Assembly (NCBI RefSeq): GCF_018350175.1
Contig: NC_058368.1
Coordinates: forward strand, 49,787,815 to 49,851,814
DNA: 64,000 nucleotides
Direction of reading: 5' to 3'
Source: Felis catus
Taxonomy: Eukaryota
The notes under the pieces were generated by a model that ran no database searches, had not been told where the DNA came from, and saw only the letters and a list, made by a program, of their open reading frames with translations. Every line of letters begins with the position of its first letter. Within the stretch, counting starts at the first letter, position 1. Both the position numbers and the translations under genes were made by a program. Shown in pieces: positions 1 to 12,426 of this stretch.

Positions 1-683
1 TTCCAGAGGCCTCCACTGAGGCATCCTTGCATTATTAACCTTCCCATGTTTAGGTTTAGATACTCTCTCCACTCCAACATCTTCAAAAACTCTTTCTGTG
101 TTTACAATATATTTAGGAAGCTCTAACTTTCAGACAGACATTGTAAATTATTACTGTGGACACTGGTGTAGGCCTACTATGACCTTGCACACATTTAGCT
201 GTGTCAATAGTTTCAAAACATTCAAATACACAGTTTGTGACCTAAAAATAAACAAAGAACAAAAATATACCAAAACGTTGTTTTTCCAACTTTAGCATTT
301 ACATTAAAAGAAGTTGAAAGTACTAGTTCTCCTTTTACTACCTACTAGGATATAAAGAGCAAACATGACTCAGTGATACCCACAAGTCCCACTGCCCGAG
401 ACTCTGAGGAACACTAACTGTGAAGGTATGTCCAAAAGAACTCTCCACCACAAAAATTCCACCAGAGGAAGGTATCTGATGAAGTGACATTACAAGGAGA
501 AAGTGGTGACAAAAATGAGGACCAACTATTAATATACTGAGGGACCTGGACAGGATTTTGTTATCAGCAGAGACACAAACACAAGAGCTCTTATTTAAGA
601 CAAATCCACTTAAAAAATTAAAATTCCAAAAAAAACCCAGTAAAATTTGAAGGAGTCTAAATCTAGTTATTGGATGGTTAAGT

Positions 684-890
684 GGGGCGCCTGGGTGGCT
701 CAGTTGGTTAAGTGCCAGACTTTGGCTCAGGTCATGATCTCACGGTTTGTGGGTTCAAGCCCCACGTCAGGCTCTGTGCTGACAGCTCAGAGACTGGAGC
801 CTGCTTCAGATTCTGTGTCTCCCTCTCTCTCTGCCCCTCCCCTGCTTGTGCTCTATCTCTCTCTCTCACAAAATAAACATTAAAAAAAAA
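684..890 (+). mobile_element. Can-SINE (SINEC_Fc-like)
   Basis: ggggcgcctgggtggctcag head with tRNA A/B boxes, (CT)n tract, A-rich tail. Confidence 0.9.
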
Positions 891-2259
891 TTTTTTTTAT
901 TTAAAAAATAATAAATTTTTTTTTAAATAAAAACAAGATTAAGTTGGCTTAATCAAACATAAGATGTACTTTAATACATACCTGAGAACAAGAAGAGATA
1001 TCTTTAAAATTCTTTTCAAGCACAACTGATTTAGTGTCTGGACTGATAAGGTTAATCTCAAACCGCCCAACCTTAAAAATAAAAACATTCCAGTTAATTT
1101 CAACTTGCAAGGACCCAACATCTTACTTTACAATTAAATATCCAAATAGTAATACAGATTCAATTGCTCACATATTCACATGTGCTTCAACACCCAATCC
1201 AACCAGTATTTCAACTCCAAATATCGGCTGCCTCACCACATTTCCTCCTTTTGTCCAAAGATCATGAAAATTAAACAGGTCTTAAGTTACAAGACACGAG
1301 AAACCCTTTTTTTTTCCATATTAAAAGTGATTGTCTTTTTAAAAACATGCAACCTTTCTTCACTTCACGATTTCTAAAGCACCAATTATTTTATTATAAT
1401 TGATAATCATACTTCCTCCCAAATGGTCAAAAGATAGTGTTTGCAATTGGACAGATTAGTTAAAATTTTTGAAAACCAACAACCAGAGAAATTAACATCA
1501 ATTCCTGATGCTAGTTAAAAAAAATGAATAAATCTGACAGCCCCAAAAGAGAGGAAGCTCAGTCAGAGTTATCACCCAAGAAAAGACCATGGACACTTTC
1601 ATTACATGCCTAGAGTTATCAAAAACAAAAGAGGACAAAACAAAAGAACCCATGAACCTCTGATAGGTCAGGATTACACACAGGGATTGTTTACCAAGGT
1701 ACACTGTGGAATTTCCTTGTCTAGGGTTCGTTACCACAGGATAAAAGGACAGTCACTCGTTTTTTTTTTTTTTTTTTTTTCCAGGAAAAGTCAGATCTTA
1801 CAAGCTGAGGACTAAAGAACCTTTCCAGGGCTTTGTTTTCACTGAATTTCTTTTAGGTGCAACTTGGCATTTTCTATCTCCTGTACAAATTCGAAAACTA
1901 CTTTTTAGAATGAAGATGTATCTTTTACGTCTATAATACAGTCTGTACCACATTATTTTAGTAACGGATCCAGTAAGTAGTCAGGCCCATGATGTTTCTT
2001 TAACCTTCTTCTTGGGTATAACAGAAGGAACTGGTGTGTTCTCATCTGAAAATACACCTGTGAGTCTCTAGACTTTTCCTTCTCTAAAGAAAACTTTCTC
2101 TAACCCCATGCCTATCTCACTTTCCTAGATTCACATCTTTAAATCCGCTGTTAAGACTGGCTTTCTGCAGCTGTATAAGAGACAGCCAACAACTTCTATT
2201 TAAGATCAATCTAAGGCAAACGCTGGGGGCACGAAGGAGAATCTACTTCATTGCTTTTT

Positions 2260-3000
2260 TCTCCGTCTCTCCGTGTCCCGTTCCCTCATTTCTGAAAATC
2301 CGCATTCCAGGTCTTCCTCGCAGCCCTGTTCTGCTCGCCTTTGCTCTTTTCTCCACCAGCCTAGTGGCAGGGAAGAACGGGGACTGGAGGAGCGCAGAGC
2401 GCGGGAACAGGGCGGGGGCCCGCCCGGTCTGCGCGGCGCGAGGGAGCCCCGCCCGCATCCTCCCCTCCCCCCAACCCCGCCGGGGCGGCACCTGGAACAG
2501 CATCGTCCTATTCTTCTCCGAATCCGAGGGCTGTACGTGACTCGGCGCGCTGGCGTGTCTCCTCCGCGGCTGTGGTTTTTGGCTGTTCTCCTGAACCTTC
2601 CTTTGTAAGACGCCAGTGACACTGCTGCACCGAGACCGGAACTCCTGCTGTTCGTCAAAGCCACAATCTTCCAAAATCCGCTCCGGGAAGCCAACTCGAG
2701 AGCTGGGCAGCCCAGGCGGGCCGGCCGCGGCTGCGAAGGCAGGCTGGATGCTGGGGAGGCCATCCCCTTCCTCCGCCAGGACTTCTGAGGCTGCGGCCTC
2801 GAAGACCACCGGGTCATCGCCCGCCTCCGCGCCGCCGCGCTGCTCGCCCTGGCTCTTCAGGCGCTGCTGCTCGTGCAGGCTGAACTTCTCGATGCAGTCG
2901 TCGATGAGGCTCGACGGGGCCTTTTTGTGGGTCACGGTCACCTTTCCGCAGTACAAGACCTCGAACTTCTGAGAGTTGTAAAAGGCATCCTCGTTGTCTT
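2260..3000. promoter_or_regulatory. Intragenic CpG island over the exon and the first ~230 bp of the downstream intron
   Basis: Dense CpG and high GC against an AT-rich, CpG-poor background; GC boxes (gggcgggg ~2410, ccccgccc ~2447). Confidence 0.75.
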
Positions 3001-3070
3001 TGCTGGCTTTGGCATCCTCTTTCATGGCAGCTTTCGATAACTGCCTTATGCTGCTTATAACATCAGGAAC
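2492..3070 (-). CDS. TBC1D4: Internal coding exon (probably exon 2) of TBC1 domain family member 4 (AS160, Rab-GAP), 193 codons, phase 0-0
   Basis: Translates [21 protein letters not shown]...[24 protein letters not shown]...[22 protein letters not shown]...[25 protein letters not shown], recognised as AS160. Acceptor ttcttttccag|GTT at 3071/3070; donor CAG|GTGCCG at 2492/2491. RxRxxS Akt motifs at 2621-2638 and 2549-2566 correspond to human S318 and S341 (recalled). Confidence 0.95.
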
Positions 3071-3424
3071 CTGGAAAAGAATTTAAAATCCACATCTCAG
3101 TTGAGTATTTATTTAGAGATCATTTGCATTTACCCAGACTTGTTCTTTTCACACAGAATGCATTCTCATTCTAAATGATAACATATAGAAAGGAAGTCAG
3201 ACCACACACAAGATAAAACTTAAATTACACTGTCAGACATAAATGACTGAAAAGTAGGACAGAAATTTAATATCAGTATTATACTTTCCCATTTTAAATG
3301 CATTTGTTTCCCAAAAACAAAACTGAGATTAAATAGGCCACCGCCAGCCTTTAATAAATCATAATATATCCTTTGAGTAGTCTGAAAAGTTACAATGATG
3401 GGTCAGTTTTAAAAAATTAAGATT

Positions 3425-3650
3425 GGGGCGCCTGGGTGGCGCAGTCGGTTAAGCGTCCGACTTCAGCCAGGTCACGATCTCGCGGTCCGTGAGTTCGAGC
3501 CCCGCGTCGGGCTCTGGGCTGATGGCTTAGAGGCTGGAGCCTGTTTCCGATTCTGTGTCTCCCTCTCTCCCTGCCCCTCCCCCGTTCATGCTCTGTCTCT
3601 CTCTGTCCCAAAAATAAAATAAAACGTTGAAAAAAAAAATTTTTTAATAA
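3425..3650 (+). mobile_element. Young Can-SINE
   Basis: CpGs intact; perfect 14-bp TSD aaaaaattaagatt (3411-3424 / 3651-3664). Confidence 0.95.
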
Positions 3651-3715
3651 AAAAAATTAAGATTTAAACAAAAGTATACACTAACAGATATCAACCAGGA
3701 CTGAAAAAATAAATG

Positions 3716-3718
3716 TAA

Positions 3719-3761
<43 letters not shown>

Positions 3762-3762
3762 A
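3716..3762 (+). repeat. (AAAT)n microsatellite
   Basis: Direct reading. Confidence 0.9.
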
Positions 3763-3869
3763 CAAAAGTTATAAGTCTCAGCTAAAAGGAACCAATGCTT
3801 CAACAATGAGGATAAAATAAACTTTCTGGATAAGGACATTAAGATCCAGACACTTCTCATCTGCATATT

Positions 3870-5110
3870 AAAAGCATAGTAAGATACCATTACATACCCA
3901 TTAGAATGGCTAACAACAAAAAGATGAAGGACCTGCTGGGGTGTGGAGCTCTCATACGTTGTATGCAGAAATGTAAAATGACAAAACCACATTAGAAAAT
4001 CTTTGGGGAGTTTCTCCGGAGTTAAGTGTAGATCTATCTCATGACCCAGTAATTCCACTCCTAGAAATTGAGCTAAGAGTCCTGAAAACATATGTCCACA
4101 ACAAAAGCTAGTCCACAAATATTCATAGAAGCCTTACTCACAATACCCAAAATAACCAACCCAAATGTTCATCAACAAGTGAACACTCACTAAGCATCAG
4201 GGAAATGCAAATCAAAACCACAAGGAGATATATCATCTCACCAAATGGTTATCATTGAAAAACGCAAGAGAGAAGTACCGGCAAGAATGTGGAGAAAAGG
4301 GAATCCCCATGTTGTGTCAGTGGGAACGTAAATTGGTGCAGGTAGTATGGAAAACAGTATGGAGTTTCCTCAAGGTACTAACCATGGAACTTTTATATGA
4401 TCTACCAATTTCACTTCTGGGTATATATCTAAAGGAAACAAAAATCACTATATCAAAAAAGATACCTGCACCCCCATTATTAACAATAGCCAAGACATGG
4501 AAACAACCTCAGTGTCTGTCCATAATTAATAGATTTAAAAAATATACAGATATAAATATAAATGCACAGGAATATTATCAAGCCATAAAAAAGGAAATCT
4601 GCCATTTGTAGCAACATGAATGGACCTCAAGGGCATTATGCTAATTGAAATAAGTCAGAGAGAGAAAGACAAATACCACATGATCTTAATTACATGTGGA
4701 ATTTTTAAAAACTGAACTCACAAAGAAAACAGATTGGTGGCTGTCAGAGGCAAAGGAGGTAAGGGGTGGAGGTTTGCTAGGAATGGGTGAAGGTGGTCAA
4801 AAGGTACAAACTTATAAAAGTTCTGGGATGTCATATATAGCATAGTGACCATAGTTAATAATACTACATTATATATTTGAAAGTCGCTACAGAAGTAGAT
4901 CTTAAAAGCTCTCATCACAAGAAAAAAACCTGTAACTATGTGGTGAATGATGTTAAAATGATTTTGGCAATCATTTTCCAATATATACATGTATCAAATC
5001 CTTATACACCTTGAGCTAATACAACCTTGTATGTCAATTATATCTCAATAAAACTGAAGAAAAAAAAAAGCAAGCAGCTAAAATGTGGTACATTCATACA
5101 ACAGAATACA
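3870..5110 (+). mobile_element. Old L1 3' fragment interrupted by a second L1 3' fragment (~4185-5069)
   Basis: Two successive copies of the L1 ORF2 C-terminal region; the inner one ends tatctcaataaaactg-polyA at 5069; the outer one resumes at aaaatgtggtacattcataca. Confidence 0.7.
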
Positions 5111-5129
5111 AATCTTCATCTGTCACTTG

Positions 5130-5880
5130 GTTTACTGCACACATCTTTTAACTGGTGTCCCTTGCCCCCTTCAACCTACTCTCAAAAGCCAAAAGATCCT
5201 TTTTAAACTGAAGTAGAATCCTTTTTAAACTTACTTCACATTACTCACCTGCAAATCCTCCAAGCTGCCCATTTCATTAAAAGATAAGATCCTAACAATG
5301 CCCTAAGGCCCCCTCGCCATTTGCATGTGATAAATGTATAGATTAAATATGCCCTGTGGCCACATGTCCTCCATATGACCTTTAGTCAACCTAGATTTTC
5401 ATCTTGTCATCCTAACCCCATTTCCTAGGACCTTACTCCTAAACTCCCTCGCACTCTGCAGCAGCCATACTGGCCTCCTCAGAGCCATTCCTGGGACATG
5501 CCCGCCACATTCCTCCCTCAAGGGCTCTGAGCTCCACGCTCCTCCCCTAGTTAACTGCATGGCTCACTCTCTCACCTCATTAAATCCACGCTAATACCAC
5601 CTTGTGAGGCAGCACCCACCCCCACACCAAAACACACGCACAAGCACACGCACGCGCTTGCACGCACACTGACATAGCCACCATTCCCTGGATTTTTCCC
5701 CACTTCATTACTCTCTCTATATAGCACTTATCTCTTTTAACATCCTGTATAATTTATCTGCCAGAAATGTAGACCCTATGAGGGCAGTGATTTCTGTCTT
5801 TTGTGTGTGTTTTTTTTCTTTCATTTTTTCCTTGTATCCCAGAACCTAGAATGATTCCTGGTACAAAGTACATACTTATG
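5130..5880 (+). mobile_element. LINE-2 3' fragment
   Basis: L2 tail-like tgtagaccctatgagggcag...tatcccagaacctagaatgattcctggtaca. Confidence 0.6.
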
Positions 5881-6102
5881 TTGGCCAACGGAAAAAAAAA
5901 AAAAAAAAAAAACCAAGAACTTTCTGGATAATTTTTACCTTTGGGAAAGAAGATAATTTTATATTCAGGGCTGCTTCACATTTAGACATACGTGATAGAT
6001 CTTTAAATCTTCTAGCACCAATTCTAAAACCGGAACTTCTCTTCACATAATTATTTGAGATATACTGCCAGAACACTCACAGTTTAAAATCATAAGAATT
6101 TT

Positions 6103-6316
6103 GGGGCTCCTGGGTGGCTCAGTCAGGCGACCGACTTTGGCTCAGGTCATGATCTTGTGGTTTGTGAGTTCGAGCCCCACGTTGGGCTCTGTGCTGACAG
6201 CTCAGAGCCTGGAGCCTGCTTCAGATTCTGTGTCTCTTACTCTCTCTGCCCCTCCCCCACTTGTTCTCTGTCTCTGTCTCTCAAAAATAAATAAATGTAA
6301 AAAAAAATTTTTTTTT
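6103..6316 (+). mobile_element. Can-SINE
   Basis: TSD aaatcataagaattt (6087-6101 / 6317-6331). Confidence 0.93.
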
Positions 6317-9226
6317 AAATCATAAGAATTTCAGCTTGCTGGTCAAGTACTTCCTTTGAAAGAATAAAGTCCAAATGCTATAGTTTTAGTGACTACCCTG
6401 AACACCTGACCTATCTTGGGAAAGAAGTCAGGTGTTTTGTACTAACACATGACCAGCAACCTTAGGCCCCTGTCCTTTTCTTTTTGCCTTAGTATCTGAC
6501 AAGGGCCAAAGCTAAGGAGAGTGAGCTAGACATTCAACCCTACGAAATGCAAAATGTTTCTAGCGGCTATTAGGCCAAACCCTGAGACAGATGGATGCCT
6601 TCTTCCTCACTAACCATATTTCACTAAATACTTTTCATCTAATTTTGCAATCCAAGTGTTCCTAAGTTTCCAAAGTGTCTCTGTAGAGTGCAGAAGAAAT
6701 AATCTGACTTGTTAACTGCACCATGAAATACAGATTCTAGTTACCTTTAATATTCTCTCTCAGGTCATGACTATCAACAGCTTTCCATGACCTGGGATGC
6801 AGAGAGGCCCCACCTGCTGAACTGACCTAGCAACACCCGACTCTGTTTTTGCTTATTGTTACATGGAAAACACACATAAAACATTATACAGCCCCTGCCA
6901 ACACGCTCAGAGCCCACATGGGGAGGGAGACACTGATAAAGCAAGGTCAGTAAAATATCAATAGTGAGGAAATGAGTTATTAGAGAAACATGAAAACCTA
7001 TAAGACATTTAATTGGAGAGGTCAATCAGAAGCAGCACAAAAGAAAGAAAACGCAGTCTAGTACTTGCATATACACATGATATTTTGGGAAAATGGCATT
7101 CTCTTCTAGGACAGTGTTGATATTTTTTATGTACATTTCTACATTTTTAATGAATTTGACTCTTTGTAGGTACTGAATGTTTCAACATCATTTCCCGCCC
7201 CCCCCCCCCCCCCACTATTATTATACTGTAAACTCCTAAGTGGAGGACTGAGTGATGGTGATTTTGTTCTTACTAGAATTCTTCCATGTGACCACTGGGA
7301 AAGTATTCTGTGCTCAAAAGAAACTGAGTGACTATCGTCAGCAAACAGAGGTAATAAATAGTAGCAAACAACTACCTACAATCCTGATAAAAGTTCTCTA
7401 GGACTGCTACAGGCTTAGTAAATTCCTGTTGCTAACTTGAAATCTGGTACCCCAAAAGAGGAAAGCCATAGCTTTTCACTCAACTCAGTGCTCACCCAAC
7501 TAGGAAGTGAATATACGGGTCAGGAATGTCTCCAGATGCCATAGAGCACCTCAAACTATACAGTCTAGGTGCAAAATCTAGTCATTCATACCCTAGCTGT
7601 GAATCGTGCCAATGTGCAGAACCTGACCATGTCGTACGGAGCCTGATGAGGATTTCATGCCAACTAAAGGCAAAGGTTTTATCCTGTAGCAGCACATAAT
7701 CTTTAACACAAAACAATGATAATGAAAAAGACTAGCCAAACTAGGGATCGAGAGACTTGTAGTCTACCCCCAGCTCTGCCAGGAATTTGTGATATTCTGC
7801 ATCCGAGAGTTTCCCTACCAGTGAAAGGGGGTGGGGGGGGGAGGGGGAGATGGTCAATAAGACCTCATCCAGACCCAAATTTCTGTGAGTTTATTTTTGC
7901 ACCAATGTCAATACAGGAACAAGGAGATGGAAAATCAACTCTACTATTAAACCAAAAATAGTATAAGTCATTGAAATGATTCATTTTCATTAACACACAA
8001 GAGTCGATTCAGCAAACAATAAATGAGCAGGGCATTTTTTCAAATGCCTCATAATATCAAGAAAAAGCACAGTGCCACCTTTAGCCAGTACGTTGTTGTT
8101 ACACCTTCAGTGATCTCACTAAATGAATTTAGATTCAAGTATTAAAAGGCAGACAATAGCAATTCCTCACTCTAGAGAGAAAAACAAAAAAATGTCACTA
8201 GATCCCTAGATGCCATGCTGTGGTTTCTCATTATCATGATTAGTTATCACACTCCAAGAAATCCAGGGATATTATAAAAATTATACTCCACCTGACTTCA
8301 AAAGAAAACAAATTTTACAAGAACCACAACTGATATTTAAAGGCCTAGGCAAACACTGGAGAAAAATCTGGATAGTAAAAAGCACTAGGGAAAGGTACCT
8401 TTGGTCACGAAGCCAGTTCAAAGTCATTCTCCAAGAGCTCTAGATATGCCAAAGTGATGTAGTCCTCAGAATTAGCCTTTTGTCACACTTCAAAAGTTCT
8501 CTCTCTTTTTAAATAAGCCGGTGGTAATTCCGTTATATTTGTTAAAGTCCACGTTATCACTATGCAGCCAATTATAAAAGTCCCCAGGAATAACTATGAT
8601 TGCTTCAAAAGTAAAGTATTTCCTGACTCTGCAATCAGGAAACACACTGATTGTTCAGGACTAAAGAGCAGAAGCTTTAGCTTTCTTTAAAAAGAAACAT
8701 TTTAAATTTGACAACTATTGTCTTTCTTAAGCTGCTTAAATAATCATAAGTGTCTAAGGCTTATTAATTATGAAGACAAGAGAAGATTATAGTACAATGT
8801 CTTTTTTACACAAAAAAAATGGTGAACAGATGAACCTCAGTAAGCACTTAAAATGGATGTAAATATGAGTATGAGAATAAACTTAAACCATAGTTAAAGC
8901 AAAAAATAACTAGGCAAATTCTTTTACAATCAATATGAGCTTAACTGCTTGACTCATTGTTAATCATTTTATAATACTTATAGTAGGTACAGAAAAATTT
9001 AGATAAGTACAAAAAAGACGGGGGAAAGGATTCTTAAAAGTTGAGGAAATACACTAGGAAACATTTCAAGTAAACTGATAAAGCTGCCTAATGATAAGAA
9101 CTGAAAATTTAAACTAGTCTCAAAGAGAGACAGTATGGAAAAGAAATATATTTGCTTTGGAAGTAATACATGCCTTTAGGGAGAGGGCAGATTTCCCTCC
9201 TAAGTATGTTTTACTCAAACTTTTAA

Positions 9227-9346
9227 GTGGCACCTGGCTGGCTCAGTCAGAAGAACCTGCAGCTCTTGATCTCAGGGTCATGAGTTCGAGCCCCACAATG
9301 GGTATAGAGATTACTTAAATAAATAAAAATTAAAAAAAAAAAAAAA
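9227..9346 (+). mobile_element. Short tRNA-derived Can-SINE variant lacking the (CT)n body
   Basis: cacctggctggctcagtc...gagttcgagcccc...gtatagagattactt + polyA. Confidence 0.8.
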
Positions 9347-9568
9347 GATCAGTTTAGCATTTGGAGAAAAGACTGATTTGATCACTTGATGTTATAATTT
9401 CTGTTTGGCTTTCAAAAGCTTATCTTCAACCAATGGAAAGTGATAAGACAGCATATATGTGCCATGAAATAGTTCACCTATGCTAAGGAAACACTACCCA
9501 TTACCTGAAAGTGCACAAGTTTTTCCAGCCCCAGTGACTTTGGAAGCATAGTCTGTGTTGTCATTTTT

Positions 9569-9803
9569 TTTTTAATATTTCTTTTTATTTTTTTAATTTT
9601 TTTAACGTTTATTTATTTTTGAGACAGAGAGAGACAGAGCATGAACGGGGGAGGGTCAGAGAGAGGGAGACACAGAATCTGAAACAGGCTCCAGGTTCTG
9701 AGCTGTCAGCACAGAGCCTGACGTGGGGCTCGAACTCACAAACCGCGAGATCATGACCTGAGCTGAAGTCAGCGCTTAACCGACTGAGCCACCCAGGCGC
9801 CCC
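9569..9803 (-). mobile_element. Can-SINE
   Basis: TSD tgtgttgtcattttt (9554-9568 / 9804-9818). Confidence 0.93.
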
Positions 9804-9936
9804 TGTGTTGTCATTTTTAAGGTGAGGCTGTCTGACAATCTCAATAAGAAATAAAATTGATTTTTTTAAACCACCTTAACTTTTACCTGAAAGTACTTAA
9901 GCAATTCTTTGTATTTGGTTAAAAATATAAATTATA

Positions 9937-10140
9937 GGGGCACCTGGATGGCTCAGACGGTTGAGCATCTGACTTCGGCTCAGGTCATGATCTCGTGGTT
10001 CACAAATTCCAGCCCCATGTCAGACTCTGTGCTGACAGCTCAGAGCCTGGAGCCTGCTTTGGATTCTATGTCTCCCTCTCTTTCTGCTCCTCCCCAGCTC
10101 GTGCTCTATCTCTCAGAAATAAATAAAAACATTAAAAATA
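9937..10140 (+). mobile_element. Can-SINE
   Basis: Head, body and tail recognisable. Confidence 0.9.
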
Positions 10141-10914
10141 CATATTATTATTTAAGGTAAATTTTGCACGGTAAAAAGAGGTCTCACTATCACTAGGTCT
10201 AGATTCAAAATTACTAGAGTAATGCAGGGTTTTTAAACTCACATAATTATAAAACTAAAGGTTCCCTTATGGAATCACTGATCCCCACTATCTTGTTTTA
10301 TAGATGTGGAAGCAAGCTATTTACATCAAAGTTAAACCAATAAAGGGCGGGGGGGGGGGGGGGGGGGGGAAGGATGACATTGCAGAAAAGAGACTCTTTA
10401 GAGCCAAAGAAAGCTGAGTATCTCCGTAACTAAAACCACAATCGACCAAGTTGCGAGGGTTTTGATCCACACAGACTTGAGTCAAGACAGTTTTCCTCTC
10501 AGACCAGGCTTCACTTCTTAGATATTCTCAGCCACTTTGCTCCAAACTCATTTTTTGCTCAGCTCTTCTCTAACTGATGTTTCTTGCTGGCCTCTGAGTT
10601 AGCCCAAGCTTCAGAGAGGGAAATTCTTAAAACCTTTCTGCTAAATTCTCCCCTTCCATTCTGTCTCACTGCTGCTGTCATTGAATCCTGTTGCTGGACT
10701 TGTGCTTTTATGACTGTTGCAAATTTACAAAAGTGCCCTCGGTAGCAGCTGAGTTTGGTGCTAGAGAAAAATAGCATAACAAGATGGAAGATGGGGTAAG
10801 GAATAAAATGGTGAAGGACTGGCAAAGGCAGTCCTTTTCAAATTCCCTTCAAGAGGAAAATCACGATTGTACAAGTGGATTCATCCCTAGCATGGTATAT
10901 TAGAAACATACATA

Positions 10915-11120
10915 ACATGAGGTTAGAAGTCTTGAGTTTAAAGCCCCATTCCAATATCTATTATTATCTGTGGTAAAGACACTACATATCCTTCTCAGCC
11001 TCTGGTTTTTCATTCATCTGTAACATGGAAATTGCCATGTTTATTTCAGAGATAATAAACTGGGAAAATTAAATTAAATGTGCAAATGTGCCTGACACAG
11101 TGCTGGGACAGCGAAAGTAT
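10915..11120 (+). mobile_element. MIR remnant
   Basis: ctcagcctctggtttttcattcatctgtaacatgg...gtgcctgacacagtgctgg core similarity. Confidence 0.55.
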
Positions 11121-11138
11121 TTAATAATGTTTAATTAT

Positions 11139-11345
11139 GGGGCACCTGGGTAGTTCAGTCGGTTGAGCATCTGACTTCAGCTCAGGTCATGATCTTGCGG
11201 TTAGTGGGTTCGAGCCCCACATCAGGCTTGCTGCTATCTGCCTGTCAGCACAGAACCTACTTCAGACCTTCTGTCTTCCTCTTCCTCTCTCTGACCCTCC
11301 CCCCACTTGTGCTCTTTCAAAAATAAACATTAAAAAAGTTTTTTT
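11139..11345 (+). mobile_element. Can-SINE
   Basis: TSD aataatgtttaatta on both sides. Confidence 0.9.
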
Positions 11346-11469
11346 AATAATGTTTAATTAAATCTACAGTGTAAGTAGGATTTATACTGTAAAGAGGAAG
11401 TGAGAAGCTGCTGATAAATTTAAAAAAAAATGTATTGCCTTTCTGAAATTTAAATTGCAGTGGGGGGAA

Positions 11470-12390
11470 TATAATACATAAGTAAAATATAAAGGATTCT
11501 AGATAGTGAAAATTGCCAAAGAGAAAATAAGTGCAGGGAAGGGGGACAAAAAATGTGGAGGGAATGGCAGAATAGCCACGATTTTAGAGAAAGGACTCTC
11601 TATAAAATATTTGAGTAAAAACCAGAAGTCAGCAAGGTGGTGAGCCATATAGATATCTAGGGGAGGAACATTCCAGGCAGATGGAACACCAAGTACAAGG
11701 GCCCTGAAGCAGAAATTTGCCTGGTGTGTTCAGGGAACAAAGAGGAGCCAGTGTGGCAGGAGGAGACTATCACTCACAATGGGAGACTAAAGAGATATCA
11801 AAGACTATCAAAGAGGCCACTGCGGAAAACAGGAGGCATCTCAGTCACGCAGGGCCTTGAAAGGACTTTGGCTTTTACTCTTGGTGAGAGCGAAAGCTAC
11901 TGTAGAGTGCTGAGTTAGATGCTTAAGGGTTCCCATTGCCTACTGTATGGAGGAGAGATGGTAAGGGTAAGGAACAGGAGCCATGGCACCCTCCAGGGTG
12001 AGCTAACAGTGGTTCACTGAGGAGCCACAGCCAGGGAAATGGCAAGAACCTGAAGGTTTCTGGATATAATTTTAAAGGCACGGACAAGGGGATCTGTTGA
12101 TGGATGTATTGTGCCATGTAAGAGAAGGAAAGGAGGCACGCATGAATTTTATGGGCTTGGGCCAGAGGAACTAGAAATATAAAGCTGCGGTGAAACAGGT
12201 TGGGGGCGGGGAGGCTTAAGGGAGGAGGAGCATAGGGGCACCTGGGTGGCTTAGTCAGTTAAAGCATCCGATTCTTGGTTTTGGCTCAGGTCATGATCTC
12301 ATGTTGTGGGATTGAGCCCCCTATCTGGCTCTGCACACTGAGCATGAAGCCTGCTTGGGATTCTCTCTCTCCCTCTCTCTCTCTCTGCCC

Positions 12391-12426
<36 letters not shown>

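Noticed and set aside
2243..2491. C-terminal extension of the 260-aa ORF (VPPRRGWG...KKAMK)
   Set aside because: Read-through past the splice donor into GC-rich intron; AS160 similarity stops at MLFQ
2248..2972. Overlapping ORFs of 189, 111 and 118 aa in other frames
   Set aside because: Expected by-product of high GC and few stop codons; no recognisable protein
10324..10349. Poly-G tract (and poly-C at ~7193-7213)
   Set aside because: Simple homopolymers with no supporting context
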